A model generated the notes under the pieces. It saw only the letters and a list, made by a program, of their open reading frames with translations. It had not been told where the DNA came from and did not search any database. A stretch of 64,000 nt of DNA. Source: Octopus sinensis. Taxonomy: Eukaryota. The position numbers were made by a program, and so were the translations under genes. Positions 49,530 through 62,149 of this stretch are shown in pieces (within the stretch, counting starts at the first letter, position 1; the number at the start of each line of letters is the position of its first letter). The stretch is taken from contig NC_043014.1 of NCBI RefSeq assembly GCF_006345805.1, positions 37,262,001 to 37,326,000 on the forward strand, in the 5' to 3' direction.

Positions 49530-50554
49530 ACATGTGTACTTATACCGAAGGATCGCCCATACATTCATAAAAACAGAACAGGCACACACACACAGACAAG
49601 AACAAGCACGCACACACAACCCATTAGCTTTCTTCTCCACCTCTCAATTTAGCAGCAGTCATGGTGATATTCGAAGTGAATTGTCGAGTTATACCGAAGA
49701 TATCCGAGTTGACCTGTCAAAAGTTATCGAGTTATATCGAAGGAAAGCCGGTAAAAATTAACGTTGACAGTTTGTCGATAACTTCCGAAACATTTTTAAA
49801 GGATTAACTGGTTAACGCTTAACGAAGTTAACTTTTCGATTAACGACGCCCACCTTTGATTTTTGTGCATATATGATAATGATGACTGTCCACTCGAGAC
49901 CGACGATGATCATCATTGACCAAAACCCATGCAAAATGTCAACAATGCTTGTACAAAATTTTAGATCCAATAAGACTTCGGAAAGACTTCCGCCCCACCC
50001 CCATTTACTCCAAAATTTGTTTACGTAAAAAAATTTTTTTGCCAAAAATCCCCGTTTTCGGGAAAATTGCCAAAAATCGGCATTGTGAAATCCCCCCCAC
50101 CCCAGCTTCTTCACTTTTGACTTTTTTCCCTAACCCTAAACCTAATCATAAGTACAGAAATGTTTTGAAATTTTTGTCCGAGTCATAATATTTTTCCACA
50201 TATTTAGGGGGAAAAAAATCTATAAAGATTTTGGGAAATTTTTTACAGAATCATAATCTCCGTATTTTTCCGAATATTTTGAAGAAAAAAATTCTTTAAA
50301 AAGTTTTTAAATGAATGGAATGGAGGTGGGGGTGGTAATTAAAAAATGTCGGTTTTTGCCAATTTTTTTGCAGATTCGTATTCCCCGTAGCCGAAAAGGT
50401 GGGGGGCGTCAAAAAAAAACTTTTTTAAAGGGTGGTTGTGGAAGTTTTGCCAAGCCTTCCATGACACCTCATAGGCCCTTTCCACCTTACATGATCCACA
50501 AGTGCTCATGATTTTCAGGTTCAGGATTGTGGGTGGGATCGCTGTGATCTCAAG

Positions 50555-50577
<23 letters not shown>

Positions 50578-50585
<8 letters not shown>

Positions 50586-50792
50586 GGAGCACCGCCTTTT
50601 TTTTTTTTTTTTTTTCTGGAGCACCGCCTTTTAGAGTGGTGAAAGAGTACAGCAGGGATCACCACCATCCCCTGCCGGAGCCTCGTGGAGCTTTTAGGTA
50701 TTTTCGCTCAATAAACACACACAACGCCCGGTCTGGGAATCGAAACCGCGATCCTCCGACCGCAAGTTCGCTGCCCTAACCACTGGGCCATT
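50578..50792 (-). mobile_element. SINE insertion present only in copy B
   Basis: Same family as 11608-11900, with a duplicated ggagcaccgcc-poly(T) tail; absent at the equivalent (TA)n sites in A (48543) and C (54760). Confidence 0.85.
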
Positions 50793-52825
50793 ATGTACAT
50801 ATATAAGTACATATATAAAACCAGTATTACATATACTAGCAGAAACCCCACCTAAAAACATTAACCATATAATTCCATTGCTACATAAAAATGTAACCAA
50901 GTTTAAATTAAGAAAATTAACACCTTACCAATAACGTCACCCATAATTTTGTTGTTATGTCACCGGTGTAAGAATCTCCGAGCCAGAGTAGTAGATAGTT
51001 CGATCTCTGTTTGCAATATAGAGTGCAAAGCGCAGTATCGTCTGTTCAAAGGGCACTCACATTTAAATGGCGATAAACATTACTTCTCAGTATAAATATT
51101 ACTGCCGTCTCCAACAGAGATTTTCTTAACGAGCTGCCTTTTCTTTTTAATCTCTAATTAGTTTTGTCTTTCTCTCAAGCTGTGTCCGCCTATCACACAA
51201 GTTATCGCGGATTTTTCTTTTGCTGACAGATATTTAGAAAATTTACATTTAAAGTGAATCCTTCCAATTAGATATATTCAGGCAATGCTGGCAACACTTC
51301 CGCGTTCTTAAAACTGAAACTATTTGTTCGGCAATTTTCGTAAATATTTATTTTTCAGCTGAACCGCTTATGTTTATGTAATTTTTTGTATATGTATGTG
51401 TTTATGTGCATGTGTAAAACGCATACATACAGAAATATACATACATGCACATAAATACATACATATACTTATATACATAAATATACATTCACACGCGCGC
51501 GAAAAAGTTTTACGGAAATTGCCGAACAAAGAACGTCACTTTTCACGGCCCTTTTCCGAAAGAATTCGGTAATTTTTCACGCTCAATCGGTCTTTGAAAT
51601 TCATTTGGATCTTTTCAGTTTGAACGGCAGTTTTTCACATAATTTCTAGTTAACTAAAAAGTTTTAAACTTCGTATACTGGTAGAATGTGTTTATAAAAC
51701 ATCCTTTTCTCTTTGCTTTATTGAGAAAATTCTATAGTTTGTAAGATATTTTCTTCAATTTTGGCAATTTCAATAACATAAAAATGTGCAGTCTGCAAAT
51801 GCGCACGTGCAGCAAACTGTCAGGTGTAAAATTATCTCGTCCATTTAAAAAACAGACATTTTGCCATTTATAGATATAGAGATTTTAAGCAAACGTTTAG
51901 AAATTCTCTGGGAAACTGGAAAATCCAGAACCCGGGACAGTTCCGGTCCTAAATTGGATAAATTGGTCTGGTACAGTATTAAGGTTTGATGCATAACAAA
52001 TGGAAGGAAATGCAGAGTTTTAATGAGTTACTTCCCTTGCAATGGTTTAATTCTTTTTAGATTAAACTGCTGGATTAAGTGAGTTATGTCCCTTGTATTA
52101 AAGACTCGTACCCGAAACATAAGGGGTAGGTTTATCGATCTTTTAAAAATAGCTTTCAGGGGTAACTGGGGAAATGAAAACATCTTCACAACCACCCTTG
52201 GACGGTTTTGAATGACCAAAGAAAGTGCGTGCCCTCTTACTGAAAAATTGTGGATTTGTATAAAGGACACTCACACACAGACAGACATTTTGCCGTTTAT
52301 ATATAGAGAGATTTGGGGCAAAAATGACTTTCATTTTCATAATCAGAATACATAAGTGCAGTGCACACCAAATTTGAACAAAATAGAAACCAAATAAAAA
52401 TTAAAAATAGAAAACTGTGACAGCAACAGAAAAGATCCAAGTGCGTTACACCATATTAGCAATACATCCTGGCGTTGCCCGGGTATATGACCTAGAAGCA
52501 CTTGTATTATTTGCTCCTTTCTTATGTGCAGAATCGCCACAGCTGATATATAGTTCATAGAATAATAGAAGTTATTTTTTGTTTAATAGTGAAGGGTGAG
52601 GCTACAATTTGCATGGGTTTCAATGAAAGTGCTTTCTGTTCTAAAGAAGGATCACAATCTACGTTTTGTTTCATCATATTAAGGTGAGTTAATACGATTT
52701 CGTCTAGAAATCACGTTTTCAAAATTTTAGTATCCCTCTATTCCCACCGTAATTTCTTAATTTGAAACTGTTTTTCAAATTTTTTTTTTATCTACGTAGA
52801 AAAATACAGAGATTACGAACCGGGG

Positions 52826-52903
<78 letters not shown>

Positions 52904-53140
52904 AGAAAAAATGAGTTCAGAAAGAACAATTCAAACTTTTGGGGGGGATCCAAAAGAGAGAAAACATTATTTCTAATAAAGATTCATCATATTCATTAAT
53001 GTCAGCCAGAGCAAGTAATAACAATATGAAAATAATATTTGAGAAGTTTCGTTATACGTATAAATCTATACCATAAAGAAGTATAAAAATGGTGAAAAAA
53101 TGTTGAATCAGAAATAGATTTATTACAAAACTGGATTCAA

Positions 53141-53240
53141 TGCATACGTACGTTTCGAAAAACAATGCGAATGTGTAAGAAACAAATTTTAATCATAGCA
53201 ATTATAATTAAATACATGCATTATCATTCTCATCGGTGTG
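53141..53240 (-). ncRNA. Degenerate type I hammerhead (CCGAUGA core, long stem II)
   Basis: CA-CCGAUGA-GAAUGAUAAUGC...GCAUUGUUUUUC-GAAA-CGUACG-UA-UG; stem I only 2 bp. Confidence 0.55.
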
Positions 53241-53289
53241 AGGAATCTCTTGGAGAACATCAAGAAAGTTTAATAAGATGAAATAGAAT

Positions 53290-53915
53290 TTACTCTGAGC
53301 GAGAGGATCTTTGTCAGCAGCAGAGGTAAGAGCTCCCTGAACCTAACCCAGGCTATTCTTTTTCTAGCAGCTACACTTTCAGTGCACCCTCCCCTGCTAC
53401 TGACTTGGTCACCTAGGTAATGGAAGCTATCAACTACTAGTTTTTTCTCCCTGAAATGTGGCGGAAGTTGTTCTCTGCACATTTTCAGTGTTATTTATAG
53501 CTCCCGAGCATCTGCCACATATGAAAACTATCCTCCTAGTTAGCCTTCCTTTGATATTGCTGCACCTCTTATGTGTCCATAGCTTACGCTGGGTACATCT
53601 TATAGAGTTTCTAACTACGCCTTTTCTACAGATCGAGCAGGGCCATCTACCTGAAGGGATTTGTGGTTTGCCTGACTTCCTACTTATTAGGACAAGGTTG
53701 ACTCTAGGGCCCTTCAATTCTAATCCTTGCTTCCACACTTGAAACTTCTCTAGTTCTGTTAGTGACTCAGCAATTAGAACAAGGTCATCAGCATAGAGGA
53801 GCTCCCAGGGGCATCTTGTCTTGAATTCCTCCGTTATTTCCTGGAGGACTATGGTAAATAGGAGGAGGAGGAGGACTGAACCTTGGTGGACCCCTACCTC
53901 TACCCAGAATTCTTC
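53290..53915 (-). mobile_element. RTE LINE fragment
   Basis: GRWPCSICRKGV..FHYLGDQVSS. Confidence 0.85.
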
Positions 53916-53918
53916 ACT

Positions 53919-56900
53919 GTTCTTATATCGAAGGAAAGCCGGTAAAAATTAATGTTAACAGTTTGTCGATAACTTCCGAAACATTTTTAAAGGATTAACT
54001 GGTTAACGCTTAACGAAGTTAACTTTTCGATTAACGACGCCCACCTTTGATTTTTGTGCATATATGATAATGATGATTTTCCACTCGAGACCGACGATGA
54101 TCATCACTGACCAAAACCTATGCAAAATGTCAACAATGCCTGTACAAAATTTTAGATCCAATAAGACTTCGGAAAGACTTCCGCCCCACCCCATTTTCTC
54201 CAAAATTTGTTTATGTAAAAAAATTTTTTGCCAAAAATACCCGTTTTCGGATACGGAGGTTCGGGAAAATTGCCAAAAATCGGCATTGTGAAATCACCCC
54301 ACCCCAGCTTCTTCAATTTTGACTTTTTTCCCTAACCCTAACCCTAATCATAAGTACAGAAATGTTTTGAAATTTTTGTCCGAGTCATAATATCCATATT
54401 TTTCCACATATTTAGGGGGGAAAAATCTATAAAGATTTTGGGAAATTTTTTACAGAATCATAATCTCCGTATTTTTCCAGATATTTTGAAGAAAAAAATT
54501 CTTAAAAAAGTTCAAAATGAATGGAATGGAGGTGGGGGTGATAATAAAGAAATGTCGGTTTTTGCCAATTGTTTTGCAGATTCGTATTCCCCGTAGCCGA
54601 AAAGGTGGGGACGTCAAAAATAAACTTTCTTAAAATGTGGTTGAGGAAGTTTTGCCAAGCCTTCCATGACACCTTATAGACGCTCTCCACCTTACATGAT
54701 CCACAAGTGCTCATGATTTTCAGGTTCAGGATTGTGGGTGGGATCGCTGTGATCTCAAGATATATATATATATATATATATGTACATATATAAAACCAGT
54801 ATTACATATACTAGCAGAAACCCCACCCCAAAACACTAACCATATAATTCCATTGCTATATAAAAATGTAACCAAGTTTAAATTAAGAAAATTAACACCT
54901 TACCAACGTCACCCATAATTTTGTTGTTATGTCACCGGTGTAAGAATCTCCGAGCCAGAGTAGTAGAAAGTTCGATCTCTGTTTGCAATATAGAGTGCAA
55001 AGCGCACTGAATAACAGCAGTATCGTCTGTTCAAAGGGCACTCACATTTAAATGGCGATAACATTACCTCTCAGTATAAATATAACTGCCGTCTCATACA
55101 GAAATTATCTTAACGACCTAGTTTATTGCATCACCTTTTTCTTTAATCTCTAATTAGTTTTGTCTTCCTCTCAAGCTGTGTCCGCCTATCACAAAAGTTA
55201 TCGCGGATTTTTCTTTTGCTGACAGATATTTAGAAAATTTACATTTAAGTGAATCCTTCCAATTAGATGTATTCAGGTAAATCCTGGCAACACTTACATA
55301 CAGAAACGCATACATACAGAAATATACATATATGCACATAAACACATACATGTACATACACACACGTGCGAAAAAGTTTTACGGAAATTACCGAACAAAG
55401 AACGTCACTTTTCACGGTCTTTTCCGAAAGAATTCAGTAATTTTTCACGCTCAATCGGTCTTTGAAATTCATTTGGATCTTTTCGGTTTGAACGGCAGTT
55501 TTTCACATAATTTCTCGGTAACTAAAAAATTTTGAACTTCGTATACTGGTAGAATGTGTTTATAAAACCTCCTTTTCTCTTGGCTTTATTGAGAAAATTC
55601 TATAGTTTGTATGATATTTTCTTCAATTTTGGCAATTTCAATAACATAAAATTGTGCAGTCATACAGACCGTCTGCAAATGCGCACGTGCAGCAAACTGA
55701 CAGGTGTAAAATTATCTCCGTCGAATCAAAAAACAGCCATTTTGCCATTTATAGATATAGAGATTTTAAGCAAACGTTTAGAAATTCTCTGGGAAACTGG
55801 AAAATCCAGAACCGGGACAGTTCCGGTCCTAAATTGGATAAATTGGTCTGGTACAGTATTGAGGTGTGGTGCACAACAAAGGGAAGGAAATGCAGAGTTT
55901 TAATGAGTTATTTCCCTTGCAATGGTTTAATTTCTTTAGATTTAAACTGCTGGATTAAGTGAGTTATGTCCCTTGTATTAAAGACTCGTTACCTGAAACA
56001 AGGGGTCGGTTTATCGATTGTTTAAAAATAGCTTTCAGGGGTAACTGGGGAAATGAAAAGATCTTCACAATCACCCTTGGACGGTTTTGAATGACCATAG
56101 AAAGTGCGAGCCCTCTAACTGAAAAATTGTGAATTTGTATAAAGGACACTCACACACAGACAGATATTTTGCCGTTTTTATATAGAGAGATTTGGGGCAA
56201 AAATGACTTTCATTTTCATAATCAGAATACATAAGTGCAGTGCACACCAAATTTGAACAAAATAGAAACCAAATAAAAATTAAAAATAGAAAACTGTGAC
56301 AGCAACAGAAAAGATCCAAGTGCTTTATACCATATTAGCAATGCATCCTGGCGTTGCCCGGGTATATGACCTAGAAGCACTTGTATTATTTGCTCCTTTC
56401 TTATGTGCAGAATTGGCACAGCTGATATATAGTTCATGGAATAATAGAAGTTATTTTTGTTTAATAGTGAAGGGTGAGGCTACAATTTGCATGGGTTTCA
56501 ATGAAAGTGCTTTCTGTTCTAAAGAAGGATCACAAACTACGTTTTGTTTCATCATATTAAGGTGAGTTAATACGATTTCGTCCAGAAATCACGTTTTCAA
56601 AATTTTAGTATCCCTCTATTCCCACTGTAATTTATTAATTTTTAACTTTTTTTCAAATTTTTTTTTAATCTACGTAGAAAAATACAGAGATTACGAACCG
56701 GGGAAATATATATATATATATATATATATGATAGAGTTCAGAAAGAACAATTCAAACATTTGGGGGTGGATTCAAAAAGAGAGAAAACATTATTTCTTAT
56801 AAAGATTCATCATATTCATAAAAGTCAGCCAGAGCAAGTAATAACAATATGAAAATAATATTTGAGAAGTTTCGTTATACGTATAAATCTATACCATAAA

Positions 56901-57748
56901 GAAGTATAAAAATGGAGAAAAAAATGTTGAATCAGAAATAGATTTATTACAAAACTGGATTCAATGCATACGTACGTTTCGAAAAACAATGCGAATGTAT
57001 AAGAAACAAATTTTAATCATAGTAATTATAATTAAATATATGCATTATCATTCTCATCGGTGTGAGGAATCTCTTGGAGAACATCAAGAAAGTTTAATAG
57101 GATGAAACAGAATTTACTCTGAGCGAGAGGATCTTTGTCAGCAGCAGAGGTAAGAGCTCCCTAAACTTTGCCCAGGCTATTCTTATTCTAGCAGCTACAC
57201 TTTCAGTGCACCCTCCCCTGCTACTGACTTGGTCACCTAGGTAATGGAAGCTATCAACTACTTCTAGTTTTTCTCCCTGAAATATGGCGGAAGTTGTTCT
57301 CTGCACGTTGTCAGTGTTATTTATAGCACCCAAGCATCTGCCATATATGAAAACTATCCTCCTAGTTAGCCTTCCTTTGATATTGCTGCACCTCTTATGT
57401 GTCCATAGCTTATGCTGGGTACATCTTATAGAGTTTCTACCTACGCCTTTTCTACAGATCGAGCAGGGCCATCTACCTGAAGGGATTTGTGGTTTGCCTG
57501 ACTTCCTACTTATTAGGACTTTGGTTTTAGTTAAGGTTGACTCTAGGGCCCTTCGATTCTAAACCTTGTTTCCACACTTGAAACTTCTCTAGTTCTTTTA
57601 GTGACTCAGCAATTAGAGCAAGGTCATCAGTTTAGAGGAGCTCCCAGGGGCATCTTGTCTTGAATTCCTCCGTTATTGCCTGGAGGACTATGGTAAATAT
57701 GAGGAGTTGAGGACTGAACCTTGGTGGACCCCTACTTCTACCCAGAAT
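53919..57748 (+). repeat. Duplicated block copy C (tandem, more diverged)
   Basis: Junction ttcactgt|tcttatatcgaagg at ~53919; aligns to B with scattered substitutions. Confidence 0.88.
56965..57064 (-). ncRNA. Duplicate of the 53141 hammerhead
   Basis: Same motif in copy C. Confidence 0.55.
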
Positions 57749-58713
57749 TCTTCACTGTACTCGTTGCCAACCCTCACCTTACTGACAGCGTCCCTGTACA
57801 TGGCTTGCACAGCTCTCACTAACCATTCATCTATCCCTAGTTTCCTCATTGACCACCAGATAAGGGAACGGGGGACCCTGTCAAAGGTTTTCTCCATGTC
57901 AACGAAAGCCATGTGCACGGGCTTATCTTTAGCTAGGTATTTCTCCTGTAGCTGTCTAACCAGAAATATAGCATTAGTGGTGCTTTTCCCTGGTACGAAC
58001 CAAACTGCATCTCATCCAAACTGACTCTCTCCCTAATTAGTTGGGCTATGACCCTCTCCGTGATCTTCATTACCTGATCCAAGAGCTTGATACCTCTGTA
58101 ATTATTTGTATCTAAAGCGTCACCATTTCCTTTGTAGCAGTTGACTATAGTGCTGCTACACCAGTCATTGGGTATGACTCCTTCGTGTATCACCTGGAAG
58201 AATGGTGGTAGCAGGGACCGGAAGAATGGTGGTAGCAGGGAATTGTATCAGACTGCCAGAAGAGAAGCTAGAAGGCAGGTTTATTTAGCCAGGGGGGAAG
58301 CAGATAAGAAAGAATTTGCCAATGTTCTGCACCGTGAGGACCAAAGACTTGAGGTATTTCGTGTTGCAAGACAGTGCGTGAGAGAGAATCGTGATGTTGT
58401 AGGAGAGAAATGTGTCTGCATGGATGATGGTTCTCTTGCACTAAATGAGGCTGCAGCGAGAGAGGTTGGAAGACGCCACTATGAAAGGTTGCTGAACAAA
58501 GAAAATGAATGGGAGAAAGAGAGCCTGTCGGTTGTCGACCCAACAGAGGAACCAGCTATCCGAGTTGACAGTACCTTGATAGTTAAAGCAATTAAAAGTA
58601 TGAAGACAGGGAAAGCCCCCGGCTCATCAGGAATTACTGCAGAGATGCTCAAAATATCTGGCAGTATCGGCATTAGCCTGGTCACCCGTATAGTTAACCA
58701 GGTGATACACGAA
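57110..58713. mobile_element. RTE LINE with inverted 5' segment (57110-58197 minus; 58196-58713 plus)
   Basis: RT motifs on minus; the upstream RTE region lies on plus; 16-bp overlap ccaggtgatacacgaa at both breakpoints. Confidence 0.85.
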
Positions 58714-59187
58714 TGATAACAACAATAATAATAGTGGTGTTAAATGAGCCAAATTTTCATGTTGGTAGTACTTGAAAGTGAATGTAGCTGGTTGTTTGAA
58801 GTCAAGGCTACAAGTAAACTTTCAATATCGGCGCATTTCACTGTTGGGGATGGGGACGTTACATAATCAAAGAAACACACATGCATACATTAATATACAC
58901 CTGAAGCCTATCTCTCTCCCTGCGTGTATTGTTCTTAGTCTTGAAATGTATGTGTGTATGTGTGTTTGTGTGAATGTTAGTCGTTGCAAAAATGCATGTG
59001 TACTGAGAGACACATACACTGTCACACACTTATACTTGTCAGTCATCAGCCTAACATAGTTAACGAACATGCGAACACACTCATATAGAAAATGTGACGT
59101 CATCGTCATTTTAGTGGTAATATAAAATGTCGTTTACAATAGGTAACTAAAAGAAACATGATAATGTTAAATTTTTATGATGCAAAT

Positions 59188-59420
59188 ATCATCATCATCA
59201 TCGTCGTTTGGCGTCCGCTTTCCATGCTGGCATGGGTTGGACGGCACAACTGGGTCTGGGAAGCTAGAAGGCTGCACCAGGCCCAGTCTGAAATGGCAAT
59301 GTTTCTACGGATGGATGCCCCTCCTAATGCCAAGCACTCCATGAATGTAGTGGGTGCTTTTTACGTGCCAGACGAGGCTGGCAAATGGCCACGATCGGAT
59401 GGTGCTTTTTACCTAGTTTC
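59188..59420 (-). mobile_element. RTE LINE 3' tail fragment
   Basis: (ATC)n + gtttggcgtccgctttccatgct... Confidence 0.8.
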
Positions 59421-59444
59421 AGTGGAATACATCCACTTGTTTTC

Positions 59445-59660
59445 AATAATAGAAATATTAAAATTACTAAGTCTCTCTAAAGGAGATTACGGCAGCATTA
59501 CTGGAAATTAATAGTTATCGCCATACTTATATGGCAGTCTTATAAAAATAAGACTAAAGCTGTCGCTGATTAGCTCCAAGAGGCCACCGCCACAAGCTAG
59601 CTATTTGACACACAACCTGCGTCCATTATAAACCTTCGAACAGGGGAGGTCAACCGCTTC
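59445..59660 (+). repeat. Unfolded parent copy of the element that forms the 12400-12553 palindrome
   Basis: Aligns to 12337-12479 and continues past aggccac into cgccacaag. Confidence 0.8.
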
Positions 59661-59679
59661 ATCCTGCCAGTCAGACAGC

Positions 59680-59718
59680 TGCATCGGTTGTCAAGCAATT
59701 CTAGGGGGACAAACACAG

Positions 59719-59773
<55 letters not shown>

Positions 59774-59938
59774 TACGACAGGCTTCTTTCAGTTTCCGCC
59801 TACCATATCCACTCACAAGGTATTGGTTGGCCTGGGGCTATAGCAGAAGACACTTGCCCAAGATGCCATGCAGTGGGACTGAACCCGGATCCATGTGGCT
59901 GGTTAGCAAGCTACTTACCACACAGCCACTCCTGCGCC
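59680..59938 (-). mobile_element. tRNA-derived SINE (35709 family, 3'-truncated)
   Basis: Head ggcgcaggagtggctgtgtggtaag on the minus strand. Confidence 0.85.
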
Positions 59939-61154
59939 TAAATAAGGAAAAAAATAGGAAAAGTTACATTAAAATTTTGGAATTGAAATCAGTGAAACCA
60001 GATCCAGTTCTGTGTAATATGACTTTTCTTCCTATACTACAAAAAAAAACCGTTTGAAAAAGTATATGCTGAAACTATTTTCTATACAAAAGATGGGAAA
60101 TAATGTGTGACTCTTTAGTTTTTGGTGTTCCCATATGCTTACGTAAATTATATATGCCAAAGTCACCATAAGAATATGTATATTAATATTATTTCAGTTG
60201 AACTATATTACAAAAACATTTATTCTGTAAAAACAAATTATTATGTTTTTATTTTTCATACATATAAACACAGAATAAAACTATTCTTGACTTGTTTTAA
60301 TTGCACAAAGTATATATTCCAGTTGTGTATCCTGTTGCTGCTGAGTAATTTTCACACTAGAATGCCTTGGCAGATTTTCAGAACAGCACAACTACATTAG
60401 TTGGATTTTCTTATGGGGATTTTCAATTTTTATTTTTTCACACCTTCGCAAATGATGGGGATCGGGAGTACTTTCCACGAAGAGAATTTTTTGAAAATTT
60501 ATGATTCCCCACTCCTTCTGGATTGATTTTGTTCAAATTCTTTTTTTGGATCAATCACTTAAAAAGATTTGGAGATGCCTTTGCAGATTAAAAAAGAAAA
60601 GGGAAATTTTTTTCAGTTTTTTTCAAACCCCTTTCCCCCACTTAGTACCCATTTTGGCCAATGTTTCCCCCACTCAGAACCAATTTTGGCCAACACACTT
60701 AAAACGATGGGAAAAACCTTGAAGGTACAAAACATAAAATTTGGGAAATCAGTGATCACCATCACAATTCTCACATTATTTTCAAAGAGAAAATGAAACA
60801 TAATTTTAAAATAATTGAGAAATTTTTTTTTAATTTCCTAACTCTGCTCCTCCATATATCCTAACATTTTGGCTTTTTTTAATCACTAGACTACCAATGA
60901 CCTTTTGGGACACTGATGGTTCAGGTTATAAAACATTGAAGCTGATATCAACATTGCATTGAAATGAAAGTTAATTTTATGATGATTCAGTTAAATATTT
61001 CAATTCGTTCATGTCATCATAGGACTGGTTCACAAGTTCATGCTTTAAAGCGTCAGATTCATGAACTCTCCTGCCTCTGTCTCCTTCCCTCTGTTCCACC
61101 AGATGCTCAGCTCTCCAAGCACCTGATTAATGATCTCTCCTGCTTCTGACCCTT

Positions 61155-61379
61155 TCAGCATATATCCAACTGTGCAAATTTAATTTTCTTTGCTATAATT
61201 CTATCAAACCAATTGATTGCCTCATATGAACTGTACCAGAGATTTAGTTTTGTCATGTTCCTAAGTGTAGGTATACATTTATCAATAATGTGTTTGCTTA
61301 TTCTACCTAAGTCAGACTTCGAAGGGTATATTAGCCTAATAGATATGTTAGTGTTAACTAACAAAAATACTAACTCCAC
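61155..61379 (-). pseudogene. Penelope-like reverse transcriptase N-terminal fragment
   Basis: IRLIYPSKSDLGRISKHIID..LNLW.SS..AINWF..I..K..KFAQLDI (PLE RT up to the first catalytic Asp). Confidence 0.75.
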
Positions 61380-61691
61380 TCAGTTCTTTGAGACTGGCCA
61401 AAGCTTTTTGAGACCCTGAAGAAGCTGAACTGATAATCGTGACAGGTTGCATCTGCAAATGTTAGTAGTCCATGCAGTGGAAACATGTGTAGGTTATTGT
61501 AATATGCTGTATAAAATTGTAAAATAAAAGAAAATAAATTTTGAGGATGAACAAGTCTCCATACTCTTTATAATTATTACTAATATATATATATATATAT
61601 ATATATATAACAAAGTGAAGTTGTAAGGTACTGCTCGAGTGGAAATATATATAAGAAAGAAGGTTTGAAAATGCAATTTTAAAGATGTTTA

Positions 61692-61739
61692 TTCACTTGA
61701 CCGGTTTCACTTTTTTAGAAAAAAATTGTCAAAAGTAAA
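61692..61739 (-). ncRNA. Minimal type I hammerhead, U3-A8 variant, in a PLE-type 3' end
   Basis: UUUACUU-UUGACAA-(U7 CU A6 GU)-GAAA-CCGG-UC-AAGUGAA; 7-bp stem I; weak closing pair of stem II. Confidence 0.55.
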
Positions 61740-62149
61740 ATGTAAAGCTTTGTATAAGCTTTGTTGCGTTAAGTATTAGTTGTCACAAAAGTATTAAAAT
61801 ACATACATATATTCTTTGATAATAGTAAGAAAATGTTATAAACAGTTACAAGAAAGTTTTTAAGAAAATATTCAACAAAAAGTATTAGGAGTTCAATAAA
61901 AATTTTGTTTGTTTGGTAGTATACACAGGAGATATATTTAAGAGTTTACAAAGAGTTTGAGAGGAACCAACCTGTCTTCCTAGCATTTTTTATTTTGTAT
62001 GTAGCTAAGGATTGTTTGCTATTTTAAGGGACAGTGTGGGAGGTTGGTTGGGGTGGGGGCAAGGAAGCGCAATGTGGAATTAAAAGGATTTTTTTGTTTC
62101 TTAGCTAGTCTATCATGGTTCAGTGGTTTTTGGGACTGGTCTGAGAGAT

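Larger units (their letters stand above)
49530..53918 (+). repeat. Duplicated block copy B
   Basis: Matches copy A over its first ~2 kb and copy C from ~49730 onward. Confidence 0.9.

Noticed and set aside
52456-52700. Helitron-like 3' hairpin (minus strand) and a plus-strand AG|GTGAGT donor with an ORF in copy C (56296-56565)
   Set aside because: The termini cannot be paired into a defined element, and the ORF has a stop in copy B.
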